64,000 bases of DNA from an uncultured Eisenbergiella sp. (lineage in GTDB: Bacteria; Bacillota; Clostridia; Lachnospirales; Lachnospiraceae): contig CANQFM010000012.1 in the NCBI GenBank assembly GCA_947598825.1, positions 1,041-65,040 of the forward strand, read 5' to 3'. Both the position numbers and the translations under genes were made by a program. The notes below the pieces were generated by a model that was given only the letters and a program-made list of their open reading frames with translations, made no database searches and had not been told where the DNA came from. Each line of letters begins with the position of its first letter. Position 1 is the first letter of the stretch. Below, in pieces: positions 22,449 to 31,752 of this stretch.

Positions 22449-23261
22449 ATGAACATTTACTACTGCTTCCCGCAGGGGAAGGCCAAAGCGCTCACCATGA
22501 GCTACGATGACGGCAAGGTTCAGGACAGAAAGCTGGTTTCTATTTTCAACCGGTACGGGATCAAAGGGACCTTCAATTTAAACTACGGGCTGATGGATCA
22601 GTCGCTTCGCATCCCGGCGGAGGAGATCCGGGAGCTGTACCGGGGGCATGAGATCGCAACCCATACGCTGCACCATCCTACCATCGCCAGGAGCCCTCTT
22701 TCCCGCGTGGCGGAGGAGATCCTGGAGGACAGGAAAGGGCTGGAAAAGCTGGCCGGATATGTGGTGCGGGGGCACGCATATCCCAACGGTTCCTACAGTA
22801 AGGAAATTGAAGCGCTGTTTTCCAGCCTGGGCGTTGCCTATGGCCGTGTGGTGGAAAGCGTGCCGGATTTCGCCCTTCCCGCCAATCCCATGGAATGGCA
22901 CCCTACCTGCCACCACAGCGACCCGAAGCTGATGGAATACGGGCAGTATTTTGCGGATTTCCCCAAGAAACAGTATTTAAAGCTGATGTATGTCTGGGGG
23001 CATAGCTACGAATTCGATCAGAACACCGAACGGAACAATTGGGGCGTGATCGAGGATTTCTGTAAGCTGATGGGGAACCGTCCGGACATCTGGTATGCCA
23101 CCAACATTGAGATCATCGATTATCTGCAGTTGCTTGAGGGCCTGCGTTTTATGGCGGATTGCAGCGCGGTCTATAATCCCGGGGCCAACAGCGCGTGGCT
23201 GGCCGTGGATAACGACAGGATCGTGGAGGCCAAAGGCGGCTGTCTGACGAGCCTGGCATAA
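22449..23261 (+). CDS. Polysaccharide deacetylase (CE4/NodB-like) family protein, paralog 2
   Basis: LTMSYDDG, EIATHTLHHP, RGHAYPNG, YVWGHSYEFD, IWYATNIEI. GGAGG RBS. Confidence 0.88.
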   Translation: MNIYYCFPQGKAKALTMSYDDGKVQDRKLVSIFNRYGIKGTFNLNYGLMDQSLRIPAEEIRELYRGHEIATHTLHHPTIARSPLSRVAEEILEDRKGLEKLAGYVVRGHAYPNGSYSKEIEALFSSLGVAYGRVVESVPDFALPANPMEWHPTCHHSDPKLMEYGQYFADFPKKQYLKLMYVWGHSYEFDQNTERNNWGVIEDFCKLMGNRPDIWYATNIEIIDYLQLLEGLRFMADCSAVYNPGANSAWLAVDNDRIVEAKGGCLTSLA

Positions 23262-23282
23262 AAGCGTTTTTGACGGAATATG

Positions 23283-23320
23283 AAAAATGGCGGAGGCCTG
23301 AGGGCTTCTGCCATTTTTTT
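23283..23320. terminator. Bidirectional intrinsic terminator
   Basis: AAAAATGGCGGAGGC..GCTTCTGCCATTTTTTT between convergent genes. Confidence 0.8.
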
Positions 23321-23349
23321 ACCGATTGAACGGAAAGTTTTTCGGCCAT

Positions 23350-25488
23350 TTAAAATTCTCTTCCCGTAAATATGGCCACGGATCTGGGACGCATGATAAA
23401 ATCGTGATCGATCCTGGCTTCTGTGCCTTCCGGATAGCAGTAGCGGTTTTCCCCGTCTCCCCAGGTGTTGACGCAGAGATACCAGGCGCCCTGGTGGGAT
23501 AGCTGGGGCAGGGTGATGGGCACGTCTTCCCAATAGGAATTGACGGCGATATAGACCAGATCGTCCCGTCCGCTTTCCGTATCATAGCCCGCGAAGCTGA
23601 TGGCGAAGGTGCGGGTATCGGGGGGAAGATCCAGGATCTCCGCATTGACGTCGTGGGCGTGGATGGGCTCCATGCCGCAGACCGCATCCGGCAGTTTTTT
23701 GCGGATGACGGGATGCTTGAACCGGAAAGCGATCATGAACTTGAAAAACTCGAAAAGATCCCTGTGTTTGTCCAGATAGGTCCAATCCAGCCAGGAGATC
23801 TCGTTGTCCTGGCAATAGCTGTTGTTGTTGCCGAACTGGGTGTTGGCAAATTCATCCCCGGCCAGGAACATGGGCGTCCCCCGGCTGCACATCAGTATGG
23901 CGCAGGCGTTGCGGATCATCCGGAACCGCAGATTCAGCACTTCCGGATCGTAACTGTCCCCTTCCGCGCCGCAGTTCCAGCTCCGGTTATCGTCGGAGCC
24001 GTCGGTATTGTTCCAGCCGTTGGCCTCGTTGTGTTTTTCATTGTAGGAATACAGGTCGTAGAGCGTGAAGCCGTCATGGCAGGTGAGGAAATTGACGCAG
24101 GAGTTATACCCGTCGTAATTGCTGTTATGATCCTCATAGAATCCGCCGTACAGGTCTCCGGAACCGGCGATGCTCCAGGCTGCGGTCCAGGCATTCCAGT
24201 TGTCGCCCTTTAAAAAGCCCCGCAGGGCGTCCCGGTAGCGGCCGTTCCACTCCGCCCAGCGCTTGCTGGCGGGGAAACTGCCCACCTGATACATGCCGCC
24301 CGCATCCCAGGCTTCCGCGATCAGCTTGACGTTGCGCAGCACCGGATCGTAGGCCAGCGCTTCCAGCAGGGGCGGGTTGTTCAGCGGGGAGCCGTCCTCA
24401 TGCCGTCCGAGTATGCTGGCCAGATCAAAGCGGAACCCATCCACACGGTAGTCGATGGTCCAGTAGCGCAGGCAGTCCAGGATCATCCGCCGCACGACGG
24501 GATGGTTGCAGTTCAAGGTATTGCCGCAGCCGCTGAAATTATAGTAGTTGCCGTTGGGGGTCAGCATATAGTAGACCTTGTTGTCGAACCCTTTAAAGCA
24601 GAAGGTCGGACCCTGTTCATTGCCCTCCGCCGTATGGTTGAACACCACGTCCAGGATGACTTCGATCCCGTTGTCATGAAGGGCTTTGATCAGCTCCTTT
24701 AACTCCGTGCCCTCCTGGTTGTACTCGGGGGTGGAGATATAACTGGTATTGGGGGCGAAGAAGCCCACCGTGTTGTAGCCCCAGTATTCCAACAGCCGTT
24801 TGCCGTTGACGATGCGGGAGTTGCGGTTTTCGTCAAATTCAAAGATCGGCATCAATTCTACCGCGTTGATCCCCAGTTCCTTCAGATAGGGGATCTTTTC
24901 CTGCAGTCCCGCAAAGGTGCCGCGATGCTGGGCAAGGACGCCGGAGGAAGGATGATAGGTGAAGCCCCGCACATGCAGTTCGTAGATGACCAGATCGCTC
25001 ATTTTCCGGGAAGATTGGGGCATATCGCCCCAGTCGAAAACATCGCGGACCACGCGGGCGTGATAGCTGCCGCTCTTCTTTTCCCCCCATTCCCGCTGCC
25101 CGGCCACCGCTTTGGCATAAGGATCCAGCAGTACGGTCTCAGGGTTAAAAAGCAGTCCCTTTTCGGGATCGTAGGGGCCGTCCACCTGATAGGCGTATTC
25201 CAGCTCTTCAATATCCAGGCCGAATACGATCATGGAATACACATCGCCGATCTTATAAGCCTCCGGGAAAGGGAGACGGGCAAAGGGCTGTTCCTCTCCC
25301 CTGTGGAACAAAAGCAGCGTGCAGCCGGTCCCGTTCTGGGTATGGACCGTGAAGTTGATGCCTACCGGCAGCATGAAAGCGCCGTTGGTATCGAACATAC
25401 CGGGGCGCACGGGGAAGCCGTTGATCTCGGCGGTAGGGGTGAGGGATTTATACAGTTCCGGAATATATTCCCGCGTATAGGTTTTCAA
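23350..25488 (-). CDS. glgX: Glycogen debranching enzyme (GH13 isoamylase-type)
   Basis: YELHVRGFT, VELMPI, YWGYNT, DVVFNHTAEG, DGFRFDLAS, IAEAWDAGG, TCHDGFTLYDL, GDEFANTQFGNNN. Confidence 0.95.
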   Translation of the reverse strand: MKTYTREYIPELYKSLTPTAEINGFPVRPGMFDTNGAFMLPVGINFTVHTQNGTGCTLLLFHRGEEQPFARLPFPEAYKIGDVYSMIVFGLDIEELEYAYQVDGPYDPEKGLLFNPETVLLDPYAKAVAGQREWGEKKSGSYHARVVRDVFDWGDMPQSSRKMSDLVIYELHVRGFTYHPSSGVLAQHRGTFAGLQEKIPYLKELGINAVELMPIFEFDENRNSRIVNGKRLLEYWGYNTVGFFAPNTSYISTPEYNQEGTELKELIKALHDNGIEVILDVVFNHTAEGNEQGPTFCFKGFDNKVYYMLTPNGNYYNFSGCGNTLNCNHPVVRRMILDCLRYWTIDYRVDGFRFDLASILGRHEDGSPLNNPPLLEALAYDPVLRNVKLIAEAWDAGGMYQVGSFPASKRWAEWNGRYRDALRGFLKGDNWNAWTAAWSIAGSGDLYGGFYEDHNSNYDGYNSCVNFLTCHDGFTLYDLYSYNEKHNEANGWNNTDGSDDNRSWNCGAEGDSYDPEVLNLRFRMIRNACAILMCSRGTPMFLAGDEFANTQFGNNNSYCQDNEISWLDWTYLDKHRDLFEFFKFMIAFRFKHPVIRKKLPDAVCGMEPIHAHDVNAEILDLPPDTRTFAISFAGYDTESGRDDLVYIAVNSYWEDVPITLPQLSHQGAWYLCVNTWGDGENRYCYPEGTEARIDHDFIMRPRSVAIFTGREF

Positions 25489-25533
25489 AGTCGTCTCCTT
25501 TCGGCCCCTTTCTAAAAAGGACGCATTTGTATT

Positions 25534-26376
25534 TTACACTTTTTGCAGGCCGGACGCAACCGCAGGATGAGAAAACCGTCTGCCGCCCAGAAAGAAGAGC
25601 AAAAGGCCGGCCGCAAGAAACAGCCCTCCGGCTATAAAGAGGGGAAAAACAGGAATTTCTGCAGTCCGGCCGATCAGGCGATTCGTCAGGGTGTAGGCGG
25701 CGATAAAAAGCAAAAACGGCAGAAACGCGGCCAGGATCAGCCCGTCTGCAATGCAGCATACTCCTATGGCTTTTAAACAGGACGGGCCTTCTTTTTTCCA
25801 CAGCAGCCAGATCAGCAGGAGAGCGATCAGCGCCAGGGCGATCCGGAAGGGGAGGGAAGTGTAGGAACCGTACAGACGCAGCGCTATGGAGGCAAATCTC
25901 CCGAAATGCCGGTCGAAGGAGGAGAAGAGGGAAAACAGCATATCCGCTACGACGGCTTCTTTTTCCTGAAGCTCCTGCTCCATCGTCTGTCGTACGGAAA
26001 GATCCAGGGGAAACCCCAGCGCGGTTTCCAGGTCGTCGAGTATTTCTTCGTTAAAAACGTCGTATTCCGCGCTGGTATCGGGAAATTCTGCGGAAAATGT
26101 CCCGTTTGCGAAAGCATCCAGATATTTGACGGAGATTTTGGCCAGGGCGGGGTGTTTCTCCATCCGATTCTGGATCTCGGTCGCGTTGTCTATGGAGATG
26201 GTCTGGGGGAAATGCTCATAAAGCACATCGTTTATCCGCAGCGCCACGGCTCGTCCTATGCCATTGTCCCGTATCAGCTTTGCGCAGATCGGTTTCAGGC
26301 ACAGGGAGATACCTCCCAGCATAAGGACCAGGGCCAGGAGCAGGGAAAGGAAAATCCTTTTTTTCGCATCCTTCAT
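25534..26376 (-). CDS. Hypothetical membrane protein (N-terminal TM, helical extracellular domain, three C-terminal TMs)
   Basis: 280-aa ORF whose ATG overlaps the GH78 stop (ATGA, 26373-26376), implying translational coupling. Confidence 0.65.
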   Translation of the reverse strand: MKDAKKRIFLSLLLALVLMLGGISLCLKPICAKLIRDNGIGRAVALRINDVLYEHFPQTISIDNATEIQNRMEKHPALAKISVKYLDAFANGTFSAEFPDTSAEYDVFNEEILDDLETALGFPLDLSVRQTMEQELQEKEAVVADMLFSLFSSFDRHFGRFASIALRLYGSYTSLPFRIALALIALLLIWLLWKKEGPSCLKAIGVCCIADGLILAAFLPFLLFIAAYTLTNRLIGRTAEIPVFPLFIAGGLFLAAGLLLFFLGGRRFSHPAVASGLQKV

Positions 26377-28553
26377 AGCGTTTCCTTCCTGGGCGCGTAG
26401 AAAATGTAAGTTCCCTTTGACACAAAACGGCTTTTTTGGGCGATCGTGATCTTTGCGTCCACCGGCGTGTCGATCTCAAAGCGCCAACTGCCCTCCTGCT
26501 TTTCCCAACGGGAGCGGATGTGGCCGTGCCGGGTGTCCAGATTCGCTTCCAGCCAGCCCAGACGTTCGTCGGGATGCGGCGCAATCTCCACTTTAGCATA
26601 CCCAGGCGCGCTTTCTATGGTCCGGATGCCGGCGGCCGTGGTGTAGACCCAATCGGTTACCGCACCATAGGCATAGTGGTTAAAGGAGTTCATGTCGCTG
26701 CTCCAGAAGGAACCGTCCTCCATGATGCTGTCCCAATGCTCCCAGACGGTAGTGGCGCCTTTGGTCACAGGATAGAGCCAGGAAGGATATTCCCGGCGCA
26801 AAAGCAGATCCCAGGCCAGGGTTTCGTAACCGAAATCGGAAAGCACATGGAGCAGATAGGGAGTCCCTACGAATCCTGTCTGCAGTTTGGTGCCGCAGGC
26901 GCGTACCATTTGCGCCAACTGGTCTGCGACAGCCTGGCAGTCCTGCGCCAGACAAAAATGGGCAGCCAGCACACATTCGGTCTGGGTCAGACAGACCGGA
27001 TAGGCTTGCCGGAACGCCTGACGGATGTGTTCGTAGAGCGCCTCATATTCGGACACGTCCTCGCCCAGCGCATGGCCGGCTTTGACCACCAGCATAGTAG
27101 AATGGGCATAGAAAGCGGAAGCGATGAAGTCTTCCCGGGAGGAACCCTTATAGCTGCCTGCCGGGGCGTCCAGCCCCAGCCAGTCGCCGAAATGCGTTCC
27201 GCCGGTCCAGAGGTTAGGCGTCGTCGTATGGACGGTGATATAATGGATCCATTTTTTCATGCAGTCAAACTGGTTCTTCAGAAGCTGCAGGTTCCCATAG
27301 GCCAGATAGACCTCCCAGGGACAAATGGCGGCGGCGTCGCCCCAGGCGGCGCTGCTGTCCGGGTCACGGAGGATCGCAGGGATCACATGGCAGATCTGCC
27401 CGTCTTTTCGCTGCCCCAGGCGCATGTCCGTCAGCCACTTGGCAAAGAATCTCTCCACGTCGAAGTTCAGGCAGGCGGCGCGCACAAAGGCCTGCGCATC
27501 CCCTGTCCAGCCCAGCCGTTCGTTGCGCTGCGGGCAGTCGGTGGGCACGTCCAGAAAGTTCCCTTTTTGTCCCCAGATCACATTTTCAAAGAAACGGTTC
27601 AGAAGCGGATCGCTGCTTTGTAAGCGGCCGGTGCGCAGGAGATCGGAATGCACGGCTATGGCTGTAAAATTGGATGCGTCTGCAGCCTGCGGCCCGCCGG
27701 GAAATTCATCCACGCGGATGTAGCGGAACCCGAAAAAGGTAAGCTTCGGTTTATAGGTCTGCTTTCCGTCCCGACAGAGATAGAGATAGCCCGCTTTGGC
27801 GCTCCGATAGTTTTCCGTATAGAAATTGCCTTCTTTGTCAAGGACTTCCGCATGGGACAGACGGATCCGGTCGCCGCTTCGCCCCTCTGCCGAGATCTCC
27901 ACATAGCCGGTGACCTCCTGGCCGAAATCCACCACCGTTTCGCCAGCGGGCGTAGTGAAAACGGCCCGGGGCGCGATCCGCTCCTGTTCCCGGATCTCTT
28001 CGCCCTGCTGAGGGGTCAGGGTATCCGTGGGGCCGTCAAAGACGCATACGGGCAATGCTTCCTTTGCGCAGAAAGAGGCGTCGAAGGTTTCCCCGTCGTA
28101 GATTTCCGAAAAACGCACCTGGCTTTCGGCCGCCGTCCAGGTTTCATCCGTACCGATGACCTGTGTGCTGCCGTCCGCACGGGTGAGGATAAGCTGGGCG
28201 AAGATCCCCGCCGGGCGGGAACGGAGGGCCTGGATTCGTTCGGGCACCTCCCAGCCCAGAGGGCTGCGGTACCATCCTTTTCCCAGGGTGACGGACAGGA
28301 GGTTTTTCTGAGCCAGAAGTTCTGTAACGTCATATTCCTGATACTGCAGCCGGTGTTCATAAGCGGTCCAGCCCGGCGCCAGCACGAAATCGCCGACGCG
28401 CTTACCGTTTAAGACGGCCTCATAGGTGCCCAGGCCGGTGAGAAAAAGCTGCGCGCTTTTCACTTCCCCTTCCAGGGAAAAGGTTTTTTCAAAGACAGGA
28501 CAGACATCCCCCATTTCCTGAGAGGGTCTGATCCATTTTGCCGTCCATTCCAT
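26373..28553 (-). CDS. Alpha-L-rhamnosidase, GH78
   Basis: LAPGWTAY, VDFGQEVTG, FTFFGFRY, PTDCPQRNERLGWTGD, HFGDWL, ATTVWEHW, NSFNHYAYG. Confidence 0.93.
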   Translation of the reverse strand: MEWTAKWIRPSQEMGDVCPVFEKTFSLEGEVKSAQLFLTGLGTYEAVLNGKRVGDFVLAPGWTAYEHRLQYQEYDVTELLAQKNLLSVTLGKGWYRSPLGWEVPERIQALRSRPAGIFAQLILTRADGSTQVIGTDETWTAAESQVRFSEIYDGETFDASFCAKEALPVCVFDGPTDTLTPQQGEEIREQERIAPRAVFTTPAGETVVDFGQEVTGYVEISAEGRSGDRIRLSHAEVLDKEGNFYTENYRSAKAGYLYLCRDGKQTYKPKLTFFGFRYIRVDEFPGGPQAADASNFTAIAVHSDLLRTGRLQSSDPLLNRFFENVIWGQKGNFLDVPTDCPQRNERLGWTGDAQAFVRAACLNFDVERFFAKWLTDMRLGQRKDGQICHVIPAILRDPDSSAAWGDAAAICPWEVYLAYGNLQLLKNQFDCMKKWIHYITVHTTTPNLWTGGTHFGDWLGLDAPAGSYKGSSREDFIASAFYAHSTMLVVKAGHALGEDVSEYEALYEHIRQAFRQAYPVCLTQTECVLAAHFCLAQDCQAVADQLAQMVRACGTKLQTGFVGTPYLLHVLSDFGYETLAWDLLLRREYPSWLYPVTKGATTVWEHWDSIMEDGSFWSSDMNSFNHYAYGAVTDWVYTTAAGIRTIESAPGYAKVEIAPHPDERLGWLEANLDTRHGHIRSRWEKQEGSWRFEIDTPVDAKITIAQKSRFVSKGTYIFYAPRKETL

Positions 28554-28591
28554 AAAAAAGTACCTCCTGTTTGTGTTTATGATAGTTTTTC

Positions 28592-29608
28592 CTACAGATT
28601 TTCCCGTATCCGGATGTCTACCGCCGTATAATAATATTCCCGTTCCGGTTTTTCCCCTGTCACCAGATAGTCGAACAAAAGCTGCAGCGGCTGGGATCCC
28701 TGCCGCCGGGGCTGCTGGCAGATGGTGGCGCTGACGATATCCTGCTCCACCAGCTCCCGGGTGGTGGGAGTCTTGTCATAGGAGATCACCCGGATGTCGG
28801 TGCGCTTATGGGAACGTATGGCGCGGCAGCCGCCGTAAACCCCGCCGGCGGTAAAATACAGCGCGTTCAGTTCGGGACGGCGGGTCAGCAGATCCAGCGT
28901 CTTGTCATAGCTTTCAAATTCGTCGTCGCTGTTTTCGATGGTCTCTGTCACATGGATCTGGGGATAACGGGAGGCGATGGTGTCGCAAAAGCCCTTGATC
29001 CGATCCGTATGGCAGAGTACCTGGGAAGATCCCGTGACGATGCCCACATTGATCTCGCCGGAGGTCATTAGTCGCATCAGGCCGGCGGCAGTCTGCCCGC
29101 AGCGGTAAAAATCGCTGCCCACAAAGGCCAGCCGCCGGGAACCCAGGATATCCGTGTTGGTGGTAATGACGGGAATCCCTTTTTCCGCGAGGCGGTCGAT
29201 ATGCGCTACGATCATCGGGTCGTTAAAAGGGGTTAGGACAAGCCCATCGATGCAGCAGTCCTCCAGCTCCCGGATCGCGTCCGCCTGGGCCTGGGCGGAA
29301 AAACCGACGCGGCGGGAAAGGACGGTGCAGTTGTATCCGGCCAGTTCTTCGGCTTTTTCCTCCACGCCCTTCCAGACATCCTCAAAAAAGAGATTTCCCG
29401 TATCGAATAAAAGCACGCCCAGTTTAAGGTTTTTGCGCTGAGCGGCCAGCGCGATGCCCGCCCGGTTCGGCTTATAGTCCAGTTTTTGCGCGATGTCCCG
29501 GACGAGCGCCGCCGTGGTGGGATTGACGCTGCCCCGGTCGTTTAATACTCTGTCCACGGTGCCCCGGGAGACGCCCGCCAGTTCTGCGATTTCTCTGATC
29601 GTCGCCAT
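28592..29608 (-). CDS. LacI-family transcriptional regulator
   Basis: TIREIAELAGVSRGTVDRVLN HTH, LDYKPNRAG hinge, periplasmic-binding-type C-domain (FVGSDFYRCGQTAA). Confidence 0.93.
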   Translation of the reverse strand: MATIREIAELAGVSRGTVDRVLNDRGSVNPTTAALVRDIAQKLDYKPNRAGIALAAQRKNLKLGVLLFDTGNLFFEDVWKGVEEKAEELAGYNCTVLSRRVGFSAQAQADAIRELEDCCIDGLVLTPFNDPMIVAHIDRLAEKGIPVITTNTDILGSRRLAFVGSDFYRCGQTAAGLMRLMTSGEINVGIVTGSSQVLCHTDRIKGFCDTIASRYPQIHVTETIENSDDEFESYDKTLDLLTRRPELNALYFTAGGVYGGCRAIRSHKRTDIRVISYDKTPTTRELVEQDIVSATICQQPRRQGSQPLQLLFDYLVTGEKPEREYYYTAVDIRIRENL

Positions 29609-29686
29609 AGTTTCCTCCCTGCCGCAAGCGTATGGGCAATACGATAAAGGGTGAAAGGTTTTATCTGTGCAATGCCGCCTTGTTAT

Positions 29687-31150
29687 TTACAACTGAAAGT
29701 CCCCTCCGGGCAAAACAAGACGGGTCTCTTCCGCCGGCCGCGCCGGGGTATAGACGGCCTGGGCCAGGATAGAACCGTTCTCCCATCGGATCCGGTAAAT
29801 GCTGCCGTTGCCGAAGATCCCCCATTCCTTTTCGGAGGCCGTCCCTGCAGTGACCGCTGTGATCAGCCCGCGCAGGATGGAGCCGTGGGCGGTGACGAGG
29901 ATGTTCTGGCCGGGGCAGGAAGTCTGCAGAATTTGTTCAAAGGCCAGCCGTCCCCTTTTTTGCACGTCGTCATAGGATTCCATATCGGGATAGCGGTTGT
30001 CCGGATACCTGATTGCCCGTTCTTTGGCCGTCAGCCCTTCGCCCGCGCCGTAGCTTCGCTCGGTCAGAAGCGGCTCCGATTCGATCCTGGATTCTGGAAA
30101 GCCCAGCCTTTTGGCCACGATCCGGGCGCTTTCCCAAGCCCTTTGCAGGGGGCTGGATACGATCCGGTCGATGCTGGGGCACAGGGTGGTCAGCGCCTCG
30201 GCGGCCTGCCGGACCTGGGAACGCCCCAGGGCGTTTAACGGGATATCGGTGCGCCCCTGCAGCCGCCCCTCCCGGTTCCAGTTCGTTTCCCCATGGCGGA
30301 GAAGATAAATAAAAACAGGCTTTTGTTTCCGGACAGGCTTTTTTTCCGGCAGTCCGTTTACCCATTCCGCCGCGTGAAGGCCCGCGTCCGTGCCCACCTC
30401 ATTATAAGCCTGCTGATAGTAGTGAAAAGCGTCCTTCATCAGCCCCCGCTCCTTCATCCGGGGAAAAAGCCGGGAAACCATCTGCACGCGCCCGTCCGAG
30501 GCGGCAATGGCCTCCTGCGCCTCCCCGATGGTCTCATAGCAAAAGCCTCTGTCGCCGTTGTATCGGCCGATCCTGATCAGAAAGCAGGTTTCGATCCCGC
30601 AGTCGAAGAGCGCAGAGAGCATGGCGTCAAACCGTTGCCGGTAAAGAGCGGGCGCCGTGCCCAGATCCCCGTCGGATTCCCCCTGGCACCACAGCAGGAA
30701 ACGGTGCCGTACGTCGTATCCGTTTTGGGAAAGAAAATCTGCGGCGGCGGCCAACCGCATCGCCGTATCCTTCAGGTATGCGCTACCTGGCTGCCATTGG
30801 CCGATATTGCTCCCGCCCACGGAAGCGGAAACGCCTACAATGGGGACGCCTGTTTTTTCGTAATAGGCGTTTACAAAGGCGGTGACCAGAGAACCGGTCT
30901 TTTTGTCGCCGTCGTCGATCCCTGCCGGGTTATTTTCAAAGCGCCCGAAGGGTTCGGAGAGCGCGTACAGCCGGAGAGGATCGGAGACGGCGCGGTATTC
31001 AAAGCCCGCGCCCGGCGTCGCTTCTGGCGCGCCCTGGGGATGTTCAGGCGTTGTGATCCCGCGGCCCGCCATGTTGGACTGTCCGGCAAAGAGAAAGAGA
31101 TCGACGGTTTTTCTGTCCGGGCAGCCGCCCTTTTGCTCTTCAGTCGTCAT
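29687..31150 (-). CDS. Fusion protein: SGNH/CE6-like (SASA) acetylesterase plus histidine phosphatase (PGM family)
   Basis: N-domain FAGQSNMAGRG, WCQGESD, DAFHY. C-domain LLRHGETNWN, SSPLQRA, ERSYG, TAHGS. Start at ATG 31150 behind an AAAGGAAG RBS-like sequence. Confidence 0.8.
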   Translation of the reverse strand: MTTEEQKGGCPDRKTVDLFLFAGQSNMAGRGITTPEHPQGAPEATPGAGFEYRAVSDPLRLYALSEPFGRFENNPAGIDDGDKKTGSLVTAFVNAYYEKTGVPIVGVSASVGGSNIGQWQPGSAYLKDTAMRLAAAADFLSQNGYDVRHRFLLWCQGESDGDLGTAPALYRQRFDAMLSALFDCGIETCFLIRIGRYNGDRGFCYETIGEAQEAIAASDGRVQMVSRLFPRMKERGLMKDAFHYYQQAYNEVGTDAGLHAAEWVNGLPEKKPVRKQKPVFIYLLRHGETNWNREGRLQGRTDIPLNALGRSQVRQAAEALTTLCPSIDRIVSSPLQRAWESARIVAKRLGFPESRIESEPLLTERSYGAGEGLTAKERAIRYPDNRYPDMESYDDVQKRGRLAFEQILQTSCPGQNILVTAHGSILRGLITAVTAGTASEKEWGIFGNGSIYRIRWENGSILAQAVYTPARPAEETRLVLPGGDFQL

Positions 31151-31321
31151 TCGATGCGCTTCCTTTCCGGTCTGGAAGATCCTGTTTTGTGTATTATAGC
31201 ATACTCCGGACGGGAATGAAATTTTTATAAAGATTTTCCAAAAGATTTTACAGAAAGCGCAGGTTCGTGTATATTGGAAATGAATAGGGTCGTCGGCGCT
31301 TTGAGAACCGCCGCCCGGGTC

Positions 31322-31507
31322 AATGAGGCCGCGCGCCGCATCTGCAGCCTGGATCGGGAGGATACCGGAAAGATCCCGATCATTGCCATGACTGCCAACG
31401 CTTTTGCGGATGATGTCAGGGAAGCTTATGATGCGGGGATGAACGACCACGTTGCCAAACCGGTGGAAGTCGCAAAATTGGTGGAGGTTTTGCAGAAATG
31501 GCTGTAA
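31322..31507 (+). pseudogene. C-terminal remnant of a response-regulator receiver domain (hybrid histidine-kinase type)
   Basis: EAARRICSLDREDTGKIPIIAMTANAFADDVREAYDAGMNDHVAKPVE..LQKWL*. The upstream phospho-acceptor D-x-x-M-P part is absent. Confidence 0.75.
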
Positions 31508-31551
31508 AGTCTGCGGCCGATGCAGGGCAGGATCGTTCTTTTTTTCAATCT

Positions 31552-31563
31552 GTGCGCGGGCAC
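31552..31563. promoter_or_regulatory. Candidate operator O1, GTGCGCGGGCAC
   Basis: Near-palindrome with central CG (CTGTGC-GCGG-GCACAG). Identical 12-mer at 31727. Confidence 0.55.
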
Positions 31564-31653
31564 AGGAGAAAGTGAAATTGCACAAACCCGTGCGTTTGAA
31601 AGCGAATAAATAAAATCGCCGTTTGGTCATTTTGATGAAAATGAAACTCTGTG

Positions 31654-31682
31654 TTGATTTTCACAGCGACGACAGTTATGAT
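31654..31682 (+). promoter_or_regulatory. sigmaA-type promoter of the xylB operon
   Basis: TTGATT-N17-TATGAT. Confidence 0.65.
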
Positions 31683-31726
31683 AAAAACAGGAATGTGCGT
31701 GCGTCAGGTGGAATGTTTTAAACACC

Positions 31727-31738
31727 GTGCGCGGGCAC
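31727..31738. promoter_or_regulatory. Candidate operator O2, GTGCGCGGGCAC
   Basis: CCGTGC-GCGG-GCACGG immediately 5' of the xylB AAGGAGG RBS. Confidence 0.6.
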
Positions 31739-31752
31739 GGAAGGAGGGGCTT

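Noticed and set aside
31585-31599. cre (CcpA) site TTGAAAGCGAATAAA upstream of xylB
   Set aside because: It matches the left half of the consensus but lacks the conserved right-hand C, so it is too weak to call.
31151-31630. 160-aa N-terminal extension of the 647-aa ORF
   Set aside because: It runs antisense through the REC remnant and promoter DNA. Homology and an RBS-like sequence begin at ATG 31150.
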